DNA of 63,536 bases, filler included, from Pelomyxa schiedti (lineage: Eukaryota > Protista > Evosea), in the NCBI GenBank assembly GCA_020536535.1. It is 8 parts of 8 records of this genome, joined end to end, with 100 filler letters (N's around TTAATTAATTAA, not from the genome) between each part and the next. Parts side by side here need not be neighbours in the genome. Positions count along the whole stretch, not along the records: positions 33,998 to 51,618 come from JAHLWZ010001128.1; positions 51,719 to 58,327 come from JAHLWZ010001408.1; 6 more parts are not named here. One strand, written 5' to 3'. The translations under genes and the position numbers were made by a program. The notes below the pieces were generated by a model, which saw nothing but the letters and a program-made list of their open reading frames with translations, was not told the DNA's origin and ran no database searches. Below, one piece after another: positions 39,878-52,150 of the stretch (within the stretch, counting starts at the first letter, position 1; each line of letters begins with the position of its first letter).

Positions 39878-41052
39878 TCAGGAACAGCATTTGTCGTTGC
39901 TGTGGATAAGTGGTGAAGTGTCCTTGTTGGGGTTTGATTCTGGTGTGTTGGTGAATTCGAGTTGGTGTGCGGGATGTGTGGTGCGAATATTGGATACACT
40001 TGGTGGTATTCGGAGTGCGTTGCGGGGTGAGTGTGCATCGAGCCGTCCGGAACTGATTATGGCTAGGAGAAGGGTCATGAAAGCGGCATCAACATTGAGG
40101 GAGTTTTTGGCTGAAGTCTGGGAATTTGTAAGTTGAGGGAACAGTGAGTACTTTGCTTTTACGTACCTCGAAGAATGGGAGTTCGAAAAGCTCAGCAAGT
40201 TCCAGACCGGCTTCCATTGCCACCGCTCTTCTATCCACTAGATCGGACTTATTTCCTACAAGTACAATACTAACATCCGATCCGACATTCTTGGTGATTT
40301 CGTGGACCCATTGCTTGACACCTAAGAAATGATTATGTAAGAAAAACCAACGAATTTTCACCAGTGGTATTTACTGTGAAACGATCCTTCATCGTCTATA
40401 CTATAAACAAGAACAATCCCCATGCAATCGCGATAACTTCCGGGATATGCTATTAGTGCAACACTTAGACGGATTAATACATACAGGGAGGCTGTTATGG
40501 TGCGAAATCTACCAGAATCCAAGAAAGGATGAGAATGAAAAGGATTAGATGGAATAATGTCACCTTTCATGGCCAGCTGTATCCTACGTGATAGGAAACA
40601 AAAATGGGGAAGATAGAATGAATGCAAAGGAAAAAAACGGAACCACTAGTACCCAAATTTGCATGACATAGTTTTTCCCTCCCATTTTAACTGTTTTCAT
40701 TTTGAAGTCCACACTTAACACTCAGTTAAATAGGTTACACCAACATGAAAATACCCTATTGTGGCTACATATGAAAAATCAAATCTATGTTCGCAATACC
40801 TCAAAAGAAGCGTTGTTTTTCCCACGGCTTCGAGGGAGATTAGAACGGAAAAAAACCCTCAAATACACGCACCACTATCGCCAATAACCAGCATTTTTAC
40901 CAATTCGCACGGCGTCGTGGGCGGCGGTCTACCAAGATCCGTAAGAAAAAAAAACGACACAGTGAATAGGGCACATACTTCAACACGTCTTTTGAAGCAC
41001 ATGTCGTTGTTGTCGTACTTGCGGACGCCGCCACCACGTTTGCCTTTAGCAT
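39878..41052 (-). CDS. Rab-family GTPase (Rab1/Rab8-like), multi-exon
   Basis: KMLVIGDSAVGKTTLL, ATIGVDFK, IWDTAGHERFRTIT, YRDCMGIVLVY, VLVGNKSDL, FFETSAKN, C-terminal KCCS*. Confidence 0.92.
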
Positions 41053-41367
41053 TTTTTGTTCCTTTTTGTTGCGTTTCTCTCCATCGCAGAACCGGCAAAC
41101 CACCAATCGATCAAATCTGGAAAAGCGAGGCAGTACCACCCTGGCAATGGGCTACGTTTGCGTTTTTCTTTCAAGAAGGAGCAGGAGTTCACGTCAGAAA
41201 GTGAAGCAGTTTGTGAATATTCATCAGCAGTGAATTATGAATTCTGGTTGTTCTCTGCAGTCTGCTGTCACCTGTTCTGGTTGTTGTGGTACTAGTAGTA
41301 GTGCCGGTGGATTCAAGTGAGGATAGTGCATCAGTGGTGGATAATCTTGGTTGTTTGGTGGGGTTCA

Positions 41368-42229
41368 TCATCCCAATGAGTGTGAAGTGCCGGCAGTGAC
41401 GCCACTTCTTTTAGAAGTAAGACCGAGCATCCCTTCAATTTTAGCGAGCTAAATGAAAGCATATTTGATTTACCTTCTCTTAGTCTAAAATAAAATTTCT
41501 TTGTGTGAGCAGCTATTTATTGAAAAATATGAAACATATTACAAGTTAATTTAACTTGCTTGGACATGGGAAGTAATTGAAATTACAAGAAGATCAGATC
41601 CTTTACACAGAGATTGCAAAAGGAGGTTAGGATCATTCACCACCTCTCCATTTACAGAAGTATCAAATTCCTTTATTCCTCTCTTTGACATCACTGCTGA
41701 GCGGAAGTCTTTCAGCTGATACAATAGTGAATTTGAAGCAATTGGAATTTATCTATTAGATGTGATTTTGTCCACACAGTATAGTTTTGGGAAAATTGGA
41801 TGTAGCCAATAAAGTCCCGCTCACACCACCGAGAATTGTATATACAACTCAGGTAGAAGCCAGTTGGTGGTTCCGTTGGGGAACCGCAGACCAGTACCAT
41901 GCCGTCATCGTCGATTACAATTTCGTGCCAAAGCTCTGAAAGTGGCGTCCCATCAGACAAGAACCTACCCCCAAAAAGAAGGCGTTGTCTGCAGCATGGC
42001 AACCCTAATGGAAACAAATAAGCAAGCAAGAATAATGTTCACAGCAGCCAGCGACAGCCAAAAAAAACTACGTTGGCAACAGCAACGGCAACAACAACAT
42101 ACCGATTTGACCCTCCACCAATTGTTTTAATGTCAAGACAGTGGCACAAGTGTCAAGTGGTTGAACCAACGGCAACAACATTTGGCCAACCCCAGAATCC
42201 AAACAACGTATACCCAAATACGTGGGCAT
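41368..42229 (-). CDS. Ubiquitin-like (UBL) domain protein; 3' end uncertain
   Basis: Spliced TVLTLKQLVEGQIG-LPCCRQRLLFGGRFLSDGTPLSEL resembles ubiquitin [38 protein letters not shown]. Confidence 0.65.
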
Positions 42230-42557
42230 GAAATGGGAGACCACACAACACACCAAACCACTTCCAGTACTAACCGAATTGAAAACGTAACCGGTCCGTT
42301 GAGTATGAGATAACCGATCTGCAGAACAGCAGGATTCAAGCCCCTCTTACGACTGTGAATTATGGTTTTCCCTGGAATGAAATCGCGACCAGAGTGGCTG
42401 TGTGCGGCAGTCTGTCTGTCCGAAAACCATAATCATCAAAATGCAGTTGCACTTCGTTAATTAAAGGTGTGAGAGTCACGCACGCGGTGCGACGCCTGGT
42501 AACGCAATCGCCGACGACACAAGCAGCAAGAAAGGAGGGTAGATCTAGATCCACGGA

Positions 42558-44075
42558 ATGCAGAACGACGATCTCATATGGGAGTGCATCCGGCACACAT
42601 TCTGTTGTTTCAAAACAAAGTGCGTTTGTCGATTTGGTATCTACATAGTCAATACATGTTCCTCCTATATTTGTTGTGTGGTTCTAGCGAGCGACAGTTA
42701 TTAATGTTAATATGATAAAAACAAAACGAAGTAGATAATCACTTGAAAACTTAGGCTGGCAGTGCATGACTTCTGCCGGAATGTTAACAACGTCACCGGT
42801 CTATGTGATAGAAATTCGTGCCCTCTAGCTAATTCGAATTACGCTACTGTCAGGGAGCACAAAGGTACAGGCTCGGCAGTGTATTATTTTCCTTACTCCC
42901 TTTTTGATGGCACCTAGGAGTATGCTATTTGTACATGAAAACAATTGAAAGGGCACACATGCCTGCCAAGTTGTGGCAGAAACTTCGGCTAAGTGATGAC
43001 TTGAAAGAGGTTTTTTTTTCCCTTTTGCTTTTGCGGAGCTCACCTTTCGTTTCAGGCACTGAAACAAATAAACATGCACCTTAAATATTGGCCCAGACAC
43101 CTTATCTTGAAGTGCAAACAACGTTTAACAAAGATACATCAATACCTCCTAAGGGCAAGAAAGCTTGCAACAAAAACACAGTATTGTGGAAATACTTGTG
43201 AACTTTTCTCTTAGTTGTCTTAGGCGAGAATTTGTACGCGTACACAAGAAAACTGAACGCCAAGAAGCGTCCCGAATGAAAAAAGCTGAGATTGCTGCCA
43301 GATTGGATACGCAAATCAAGAACGAGCTGTACTCTCGACTTCTAAAGGTTATCCTTTCCATTATCGCGTGAAAAAAAGAAACACCTGGTTAGGGAACATA
43401 TCCAGAAATGGAGAATATAACTAAAGTTTTCAACAAAGTTCTCAAGAAACATGGCGTTCCTGAAGAAGAGACTGTGCTTAGCCAACAAGAACAGCCTGAA
43501 ACTGCAACAACTGATCGGAAGCGGCCACGTCTACGCGCAGTTGAAGAGCAAGATGGGGATGAGCTCTTTGCATCCGAGTCTGAAGAGGAAGAAGAAGAGG
43601 AAGAGGAGGAAGAAGAGGAAAGGGACTGGGCGTATGAAGACCTCAGTGACGGGGAGGAACGCGAAGTAGAAATCGAGTATGAAAATGAGATGAATGCACC
43701 TTCCCTACAAACGCGGCGCATTATGGCCAAGCACAGCCCGCCACCACAGTCGCAGGGAGGTGGCAGTGCCGGTGATGTGGAGGATTTGGCGGGTCCATAC
43801 ACCGGAAGCTTCCGAGGCAGATCAACAGCACCCAGAAGAGGTGCAACTGCACGCGGTGGAAGATTACCAAGTGGAAGGGATACCCCCGCCACAACCACCG
43901 CTTCAACTTCAACAACATCAACCACCTCCACAACCAGCACCACAACTACCAAAACCTCACCAAGTCCAACCGCTGCACAGCAAGCAGCAGCTCCGATACC
44001 CAAGAGAAGAAGTGCGTTCTCTCTCAACCAACCTTATTCTCACATTCTCTTCCAGGAGTAAACCAGAAGTCCTAA
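42558..44075 (+). CDS. MAK16: MAK16 (60S biogenesis factor), multi-exon
   Basis: [73 protein letters not shown], acidic tail with EREVEIEYE. Stop at 44061 or 44075. Confidence 0.93.
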
Positions 44076-44247
44076 GCAAACTCTTTCCGATTCCTCCCAC
44101 TGTACTCCTTGGATGATACCTATTCGCTATTGCAAAAACTCTAGTCACGGCAGAAAAAAAAAACAAGAAACTCAAGGTTTCTTTTTAGTTTTCAGTTTTG
44201 GGTTTTGTTTATTTGTTAGGTTTTCATTTACACAGACAGAGGTAGAG

Positions 44248-45768
44248 TTACACACTCCACAGTTGTTGGAAGTCGTCATTGCTTGTGTCCCTTGTGACAC
44301 TGGATCCAATGTCACTTAACATTGGGTTGTTGTTGTTACTGATTGTGTTGTTGCTCTGCGGGAGTGCCATTCCACTCATGGAATTCAGTGCCAGAAGTAT
44401 GTTGTTGTGGTTCGCGGATTGTTGTTGAATTTGTGTTGCTGTGGTGGCAGCTGCGGGTGTTGTTGAAGTGAGTGCGGGGGTGGATGGTGTATTGAGGTTT
44501 TGCACTGTAGTGGCTGCAAGCTGCTGTAGCTCCATGTGCTGAATATATATATTATAATGAGAAACAAAAAGGAAGAAAGGTTTTGAGGAGAGAATAGAAT
44601 AAATACTAAGGTGGAGGCAACTCCGCGGAGCTGTTGTAAAAGAGCCTCTAGCTGGTTTGTTTGGTGAATAACTTCGGCCCATGTCATTTTTGGGATCGGC
44701 TGTAGGGAGTAAGTGAAATAAAAAAAAAAAGGTAGCATACATGTTGGGCAATATTAATTGCTGGCGGAATGTCTATCTTCCTTCTTTTTGGTGACTTGTC
44801 AGTGGACGAGGAATTCTCAAAGCCACTATTGGGAATTTGTTGTTGTGGTGGTTGTTGTGGTTGTGGTTGAGGCTGTCCCATTTGAAGGGTTTGCGGAACC
44901 AGAGGCTGTAATTGTTCTAGTTGGCGCTGCTGGCTTTGTCGTTGCTGTATGAATTGAATGATTTGTTGGGGTGTTACACCCAGTTGTTGAGGCTGCGCCA
45001 TAGGGCTACGCATTATACAGGGTTGAGTTTGAGGTCCGGTTAAAGCCGGGGTTGGCGGCAATGGAAGAGGAGTGGTGGCTGATGGAGTGAAGGTGCTGGG
45101 CGCCAAGTTGGAAACAGGAGTGTTGGGGGCATTGTTAGGATGGATTTGTGCCAAGTTATTTTGGGGCTGTATCATTTCTGTTACTTTGGCTCGGAGGCCC
45201 TCTAGTGTTGACAACAACTTGGGAAATTATCAAAAAAAAAAGAGAAATGAAGGGAAGCTACGCACTATTACATCTGTATCAGGTGGATATACACCAAGCT
45301 CAATGAGAGTTTGATAATCCCTTGGATGTGAAGTGGGGGTGATTGTAAGCATCTCCGGGAATACATTGTGTGTATTGAGGTGGGACGTATCAGGAGAGCC
45401 AAGGAAATCCCCAATAAGTGCTTGCGTAAAGTAGCACCTAGTTTGTGTAATGTGAGTGTTTGTAGTGCGGAATGCTTGAAGCTATTACCAATATTCACAC
45501 ATACTTATCGTAGTTCACACATCTGACTCTGGTGTACTGCCTATTTGCATAGTGCATTGGGAATCCAGTCTTGGATAGTAACTCCCATATCCTTCCATCC
45601 TGATCAACCAATGATAAAGGATTCTGGCCCACTGGTGTTGTTTTTGTTTTGTTATGTTGCAATGCAACAGTTTAGCACTAACCTAACTCACAAAAAAAAA
45701 TAAATTCAATCTCAAACCATACTTTGCTGTTGCTGCAGTGACGACACACCGTTGTTCTGCCACATCAT
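44248..45768 (-). CDS. Hypothetical Gln/Thr/Pro-rich protein (possible transcription regulator), multi-exon
   Basis: Splice-compatible exons from ATG at 45768, a globular N-terminal part (GRIWELLSKTGFPMHY..), then Q-rich low-complexity ORFs 44684-45217 and 44248-44751. Confidence 0.55.
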
Positions 45769-46086
45769 CCCCAATAATTATTACTAGAGTGAAGACAACC
45801 AGACCGAGAAAAAGACCAACCGGGTAACGGTGTATAGTACTAGTTGTTGTTACAACGTCTTTTAGCTTATAAGCGTGTGGCACCAGTTGGTGTCTTTCGT
45901 GGTCGTTCACCGAAATGAAGGCCAGGAGGGCTCCTGGTCTGCCTGGGACACCTGGAGTAACAAACCCCAAGGGGGCGCATTTGTACCGAGGGTTGTCTGG
46001 GATCGGTATTGGACAGGTTCCAGAAGATAAGAGATCGCAATTACGGAAACAACAAGCCGAAGAGCTTTCGGGAGGGACGACGGCGA

Positions 46087-48168
46087 ATGTGGGGAAGCGA
46101 CCGGGGCAAGATGCCACCCGCCGACGACGATTTTTTTGGTGCTTACGCTGCGTATGTTATATTGTTTAGTATTATTTCAAACCTTTCGAACCGTTTAGGG
46201 AGTTCACGGAGCCCCATAATGACGCGCCGGTTACACAAAGTGTTCTCGAAGCGCCTCCGACCAATGCGATGACGTCAGCTGCCTCGCCAAAAGCAACCGC
46301 AAAAGCAGGACCTGTGCCAAAAAGGAGGCGGCTGGTTAAATCGGGAGCAACTGCAAACAACAACAACAACAAGACATCCACACCAAAAACCAACCATTTG
46401 ACTTGTGTTATTTGCCAAGACACACTGGATTCTAACACTGAGTCAACAACAACTTCTTCTAACTCTGCTTCCAATATTTTAAACATGCCTGAGTTCATCT
46501 CCATTATTCAGCCTTGTGGCCACCAATATCATCGCACTTGCATTGTAAAGTGGAGTGAGACTGCTAATACATGCCCATTATGCAAATCTGTTTTCAACAA
46601 GGTGGTCATCAATGTATGCGATTCCGTTTCCCCCCACTAGAACCTCATTTAATAATTTAGGAAAAAGGGGAATTTCTCCTTGTCAAAGAGAAGGTTCAAC
46701 AGTGCGTGGATTTGGATCCTGCCTTCATCGTTGTGTCAAGTGATGAGGAAAGTGAGAGTGAGGAGGATTATATTGAGGAGTCAGCCGAAGAAGCTCCTGA
46801 GTGGTACAGTTCAGAAGATGAGACCCCAAGTTATGAAGAATTTGACCTGGTACTTTTACTTTCCATCCTAACGTGATTTAACACTTCAAAAAGGTGGAGA
46901 GGTATGAGCACCGAAAAGGCATTTCCGCTTACAACCTCCGTGGTCCAAAAAAAGCTCAAGAGGAAGAACCCGATCACTGCGAGAGTATCAACATTGAATT
47001 CTCTGACAGCGAAGAAGAGGCTGACAAGGAAGAAACATCTTGGTGGGAAGTCGACGGCAAATTTGTTGTTCCAGATGGACATCTCTCTTCTAGCGAAGAA
47101 GAAACGGACGATTACTCCGAGGATTCAGCCGCTGAGAGTGATAGCAGCACCTCGTCAAGGCACAATGACCGCAAGTGCCACCCTCCTCGGTTTAAAAGGC
47201 TTGTGCGTGGGTCAAACTGCAACCCCATCCAATCGACCAACACTGAAGACATCAGCAAGCCAGCACAACTTACCAATGAAGTTCCTAGCTCCCAAACACA
47301 TGCTAAACACGAACAGGAGGATGCGTGCAACACAGTCCAGGAAACCGCGCTGTTGCCAGATACTCAATACAACACATCAGTGGCGGTATCAATTCAAGAA
47401 CCGGAGCTCCTTCATTCCGACTCCAATATCAGCACCCAGGGTGAACTGCACGACGAGGAGATCCAAGCTAGCGCCAGTAGCAGCATGCAAAGTTGTGCTG
47501 CTGAAGTGCCTGATGACCGAGAACCAGAACATGCACCCCCTTCTTGTGAGGCCAAGCCAGAGCAGAAGAAGAAAAGGAGAAGGAACCACAAAAAACCGCG
47601 GTACTCAACCACTAGTCCAACTCCGGTCAGTGACACCACAGTTCCGCAAACACCGGCAGCAATGGAGGAACCCCCCATTCCTCTGGCTCCCACCCCAACC
47701 CCATCACCCACCTATATCACCTTTCACAGACCCATACATAGAAAAGTGCCATCATCACCCAGAAAACAAACAAACCCCCACCGGCAACAACAAAAACAAC
47801 TCCACAAACACCCAGCCGCATCGCCATCACAAAGAAAACGCAAGTCTACCACCACACAACAACAACCACCACAGGAACACCAACAATCATCACCACACCA
47901 CATCACAATCAGCAAGCAGTGTCATCCTGTTGTGGTTTCTCTTGCTGATAACATAAGAAGAAGGGTGCTGCTCCCTTTCAACACGGAACCACAAACAACA
48001 AAACAACCTAGGAACCATCAAAGGTTAATATTCACAACAACACCCTTCACACAAAGGCCCCAACATCACAGTCACCATCACACGGCAAAGAGAACAGCCA
48101 TACACCATAAAAAGGACACAACAAAGAGAACAACCACTACCACCACACATAGAGAACGAAAAGCCTAA
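46087..48168 (+). CDS. RING-H2 zinc-finger protein with long disordered C-terminus
   Basis: CVICQD...PCGHQYHRTCIVKWSETANTCPLCK; acidic and basic low-complexity tail. Exon 1 (ATG 46087 or 46111) joins through a phase-2 intron. Confidence 0.85.
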
Positions 48169-48268
48169 CTGGCACTTCCTTCTGAATTCAAATTGAAATC
48201 AAAATAAAACTCTTTTTTTTTTGAACAAGCCTATGTGCGCCTCAATTGAGGCTTTGATTTTTGGTGTT

Positions 48269-51200
48269 CTAGCCATTTGTTGTGGGAGCCGCCACCACAA
48301 CCTCATACACATCAACCTTTGCTTGTCTGCCACGGATTGACACTTGGCCCATTGGGTGCGTTGGTATTCTGGCACCAACCATGTTGAACACACCCTCTGA
48401 TATCAGAATCCTTGTGTTCAGCTCCCGGTTCAGCTGCTCAAGCCTCGCTGTGGTTGGGTGAGTAGTTGAAACACAGTGTATTATAATACTTGGAATGTAT
48501 TTTAATGGCAATGAAGAGAGAACATTAAAACACACCGGCAACATTGACAGTGTCACCAAGGACAGTGTAATCAAACCTCTCTGGTGACCCAAAGTTCCCA
48601 ACAAGAACTCGCCCGGTGTTGATTCCGGCTCGAAAGTGAACTTCCGGGAGTCCCTGTGTGATATTCAGGTTTCTTGCGGAACGAATGGGAAGGGAACCTT
48701 TGATGCATTCTCTTTGTTGAGCTTTTCCAATTCCTCATAACACCTCAGGACTGCCTTGACTGCCTTGAATGCGTGGTCTTCACACGCCTGGGGATGGTTC
48801 CAGAATGACATGATGCAATCCTGTCACCGGCGTCAGTCAAACGAAAATAGAAGAGAGTCCAGCCACACCCCGATGAACTTGTCAAGTGTTGCACCTTCGG
48901 AAATGAGAACCTGGCACATCCGTTGCATGAACAAGCTCAGGAGTGTCACAAGTGTGTTCGGTGCAAGTTTCTGTTGTTGGTGTTGTCATCGCACATCAAC
49001 AAGGAAGAATAATAAGAGAAAACACACCTCACAGAGACTGGTGAAACCAACAACATCCATGAAAACAACCTTGGGTGAAAATGAGGGAAACCACTGGTTT
49101 GGGGTGGTAAACGAACCGTGACAGTGTGCCTCTCGAGGTAAAGTGATGACATCTTGTGCTCCCCATCGAGGAGCTGTCGAACGACTCCAGCCGAGACATA
49201 CCTGTGACAATTAAGAATTACATAATACGAGTGGTTGTGCATACCTGCTGAAGGCATGAATTCCTTGTTTCATGGCCATGTAATCGCGGAGCATGGAATG
49301 CAGCTCCGTGAAAATACTGACAGTTCTCCCAAGTGGCTTGAACCTCAGTTGTGACAGGTTCCGCATATCTGTGAAACGTGTGAGTTGAGGTAAAACTGCC
49401 GGTAATGTTACTGTAAGTAACACCTTTTGTGAGATGCTTCAGAGGAAGAACGAGGAAAAGAGCCAGAATCATAGCTATAACGAGACTCACTACCAGACTG
49501 CAAACGAACACAATGATGCTGACTCTCTTTCCTTCCTCAATCGTTTCTGTCATTTCTGAGGATGGAATTGCTGCCACTCCACACCACACGCGTTGTCCGG
49601 CTGCGATATCTATCCCAATATGTCACAAGTGAGGGAAAATTGTTCCACGTACGAGCAATTGCGACAGTGTATGTGCTCCCATTCACCTTCACATTAAATT
49701 GTGTCTTCTCCGTGACATTGGCACACCCTCCCAAGAGTTCAACCTCTCGTGCGATGGCCGCCACAACAGGGTTGTTGCTATTATTGGCGAGAACAGTGCT
49801 GGCAAGGTAGGCTGTTAAATGGAAGTCAGTCAGGATTCATTGGTGATTTAATGGACAAACTCGTTGCATTGTATGTAACCACGCTTCCGTTGGAGGAGCC
49901 GAGAAGAGTGCCATCGTTTGTGGTAACATAAATCACGTTCTGTCCTGCTGCTATCTGTTTTCGCTATGAGTTCGGCCATTTGTAAACATTTATGTCACTT
50001 ACATCTCGAAGGTCATTGGAGAGAGATGTGACTGCTTTTGCACCTTGAATGACTCCCAGAAGTTCCCCACTCGAGCTCATATCTAGAGTAGATTAAGACA
50101 ATAAGGAAAGAAGGGAGTCTCTTGGTGGTACACATACAGGGATGATATGACGACATGACAACAAGACTCATCAAAACCGTTACAACCTGAATACAAGATA
50201 TCAGGACAAAAAATAAATTGAGCGGGACAAAGTACCCTTCCCCAGTTTGGAACCCCACGCAACATGTCATCATACACACCGTCGATCATCACCTTAGAGT
50301 ATGACACATACGGAGTTGTAGCAATTGGGGCTGTCCTTTTCACTTCCGCATTTGTCTCCGCATCAACATTATAAAAGTTGAGACCATCACTTGCATTGGT
50401 CTTTCGAGCACAGTTGGACTTGTCGGGAGAAAAATTAGTTAAAAGAATTAAAAACTATTTAAATTAGTTATTACTATGTTCAATAAAAAGAATAATAAGA
50501 CCATACGATATTTGCCCCCAAGCGGCCGGTGCATATGATTGTGAGGTTCGGTGACCGCAGGTAAATTGAGTGTATCCTACAAAGATATTAATGTTAATAT
50601 TGCCATGGACTTTAGGAGAACAATACACACGGTGAATTGATTGCAAAGTGAACATATCTTGGCCTCAATTCACTGGCCCACTGGGCCCACGAATTCATGT
50701 CAATGTGCCTGTATCGCAACCATTCAACCTAATTGTCAAACTTAGCCATAAACTCGAGATAATTTGGGCCATACTTCAGCGGCGAGGCTAGCGTCTACCT
50801 CGTTCACGAATCCATCAACGATGTCGTGAACATTTTTCTCGAGTGACTCCACAAGGCTGTTCGATACGGCGTTTATGCTGGAATCAGCTCGATTGTGGGA
50901 TGTCACCCACACAGTGGTGCATGGTGCCACAACCAGCACAATCTAAAAAGAAGAGATGAGCAAAATAAGTTTTTGATTGAATGGGTTCGTAGACGAATAA
51001 GGAGAAACACACACACAGACAGAGCCACACATACCGAACAGACAACGAGAACAACACTGAAAGGAACAGATATCCGCGAGCAACAGGGGGCCGTGGACCT
51101 CGTTCCGTTGTTGTTGTTGTGGCGATTGTGGGATGACGACCCCCCTCCATTCCTCCCACCCCTGAGTCCGCTGATCCTCCTGGCCTCCCTCATGCTCGCC

Positions 51201-51487
51201 TCTTCCTCACACACCTCCGTTTCATATTCCCTCTCGAACACACTTGGTGGTATCTCCACGGCCACCAGGTTGCTGGTGGTCGATGTTGACCTGGAGCTCG
51301 GAGCGCTTCGGGAGGACAAGCCCGGATGCTCTGCTGTCACTGTTTCCGAGGGGTCATCACTGCCATAACAGTCTGCTGCTGTTGGTTCATCATAGTGAGG
51401 GAGTTCTGCTGGTTGTTCTGAATCATTCACTCGCAGTGATGTGGCTGGTGTGTTTTGCTCTGGTTCGACCTTGTTACTCCTAGGCAT
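48269..51487 (-). CDS. Membrane class III adenylyl/guanylyl cyclase, copy 2, multi-exon
   Basis: [60 protein letters not shown]; intron positions broadly match copy 1. Confidence 0.92.
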
Positions 51488-51499
51488 CCTTGGTTGGTT

Positions 51500-51552
51500 G
51501 TTTGTTTGTTTGTTTGTTTGTTTGTTTGTTTGTTTGTTTGTTTGTTTGTTTG
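51500..51552. repeat. (GTTT)13 microsatellite just upstream of the cyclase copy 2 ATG
   Basis: Perfect tetranucleotide run. Confidence 0.95.
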
Positions 51553-51718
51553 AGGCTCCAAGCTTAAGTTGTACTTTGTGTTGAACATGTTTCGCAGTCA
51601 GCGCTGTGTTTCACATTTNNNNNNNNNNNNNNNNNNNNNNNNNNNNNNNNNNNNNNNNNNNNTTAATTAATTAANNNNNNNNNNNNNNNNNNNNNNNNNN
51701 NNNNNNNNNNNNNNNNNN

Positions 51719-51954
51719 GCGGGAAGGTAGTCGGCGGGGGTGATGAGCCACAGCGAGACGCGATTGTGGGAGGGGACAACGACCCACTCGCGGCCGAGGA
51801 GGGAAAGCAGCGAAGGCGTGAGCGAAGAAACGGGGGACGTGGAGCCGCATCGCCCCACAATGACAGCAGCACCCAGCGAAACAAACTGACTGCGTGCATC
51901 GATGGTCACCGAAACTGTTGGTGCTCGGGGCGTCTCGTTAACAGAGAGCAGCAT
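51719..51954 (-). CDS. RCG/SPAR-motif family member 7, 5' fragment (gap-truncated)
   Basis: IDARSQFVSLGAAVIVGRCGSTSPVSSLTPSLLSLLGREWVV. Confidence 0.78.
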
Positions 51955-52002
51955 AGAACGAAAAGTAAAAGAAAAATAAGAAAAGGAAAGAAATAAAACT
52001 TA

Positions 52003-52075
52003 AGGCTCCAGTGGGAATCGAACCCGCGATCTTCGCTTTACGAGAGCGACGCTTTGCCAACTAAGCCATGAAGCC
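52003..52075 (-). tRNA. trnT: tRNA-Thr, anticodon CGT
   Basis: GGCTTCA-TG-GCTT AGTTGGCA AAGC-G-TCGCT CTCGTAA AGCGA-AGATC-GCGGG TTCGATT CCCAC-TGGAGCC-T: a full cloverleaf with one C-A mismatch in the T stem and a downstream T run. Confidence 0.93.
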
Positions 52076-52150
52076 TTCACAGAAGCCCAAAGGCTTCTCT
52101 TCGCATCAGGATCTTCGATTCCGGGCAGAGCCCGAGATTTTTTTTTGGCG

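Noticed and set aside
41056-48168. UBL, RING and putative F-box-like genes in one window as a 'ubiquitin cluster'
   Set aside because: These gene types are common in eukaryotic genomes, they are interspersed with unrelated housekeeping genes, and nothing indicates co-regulation.
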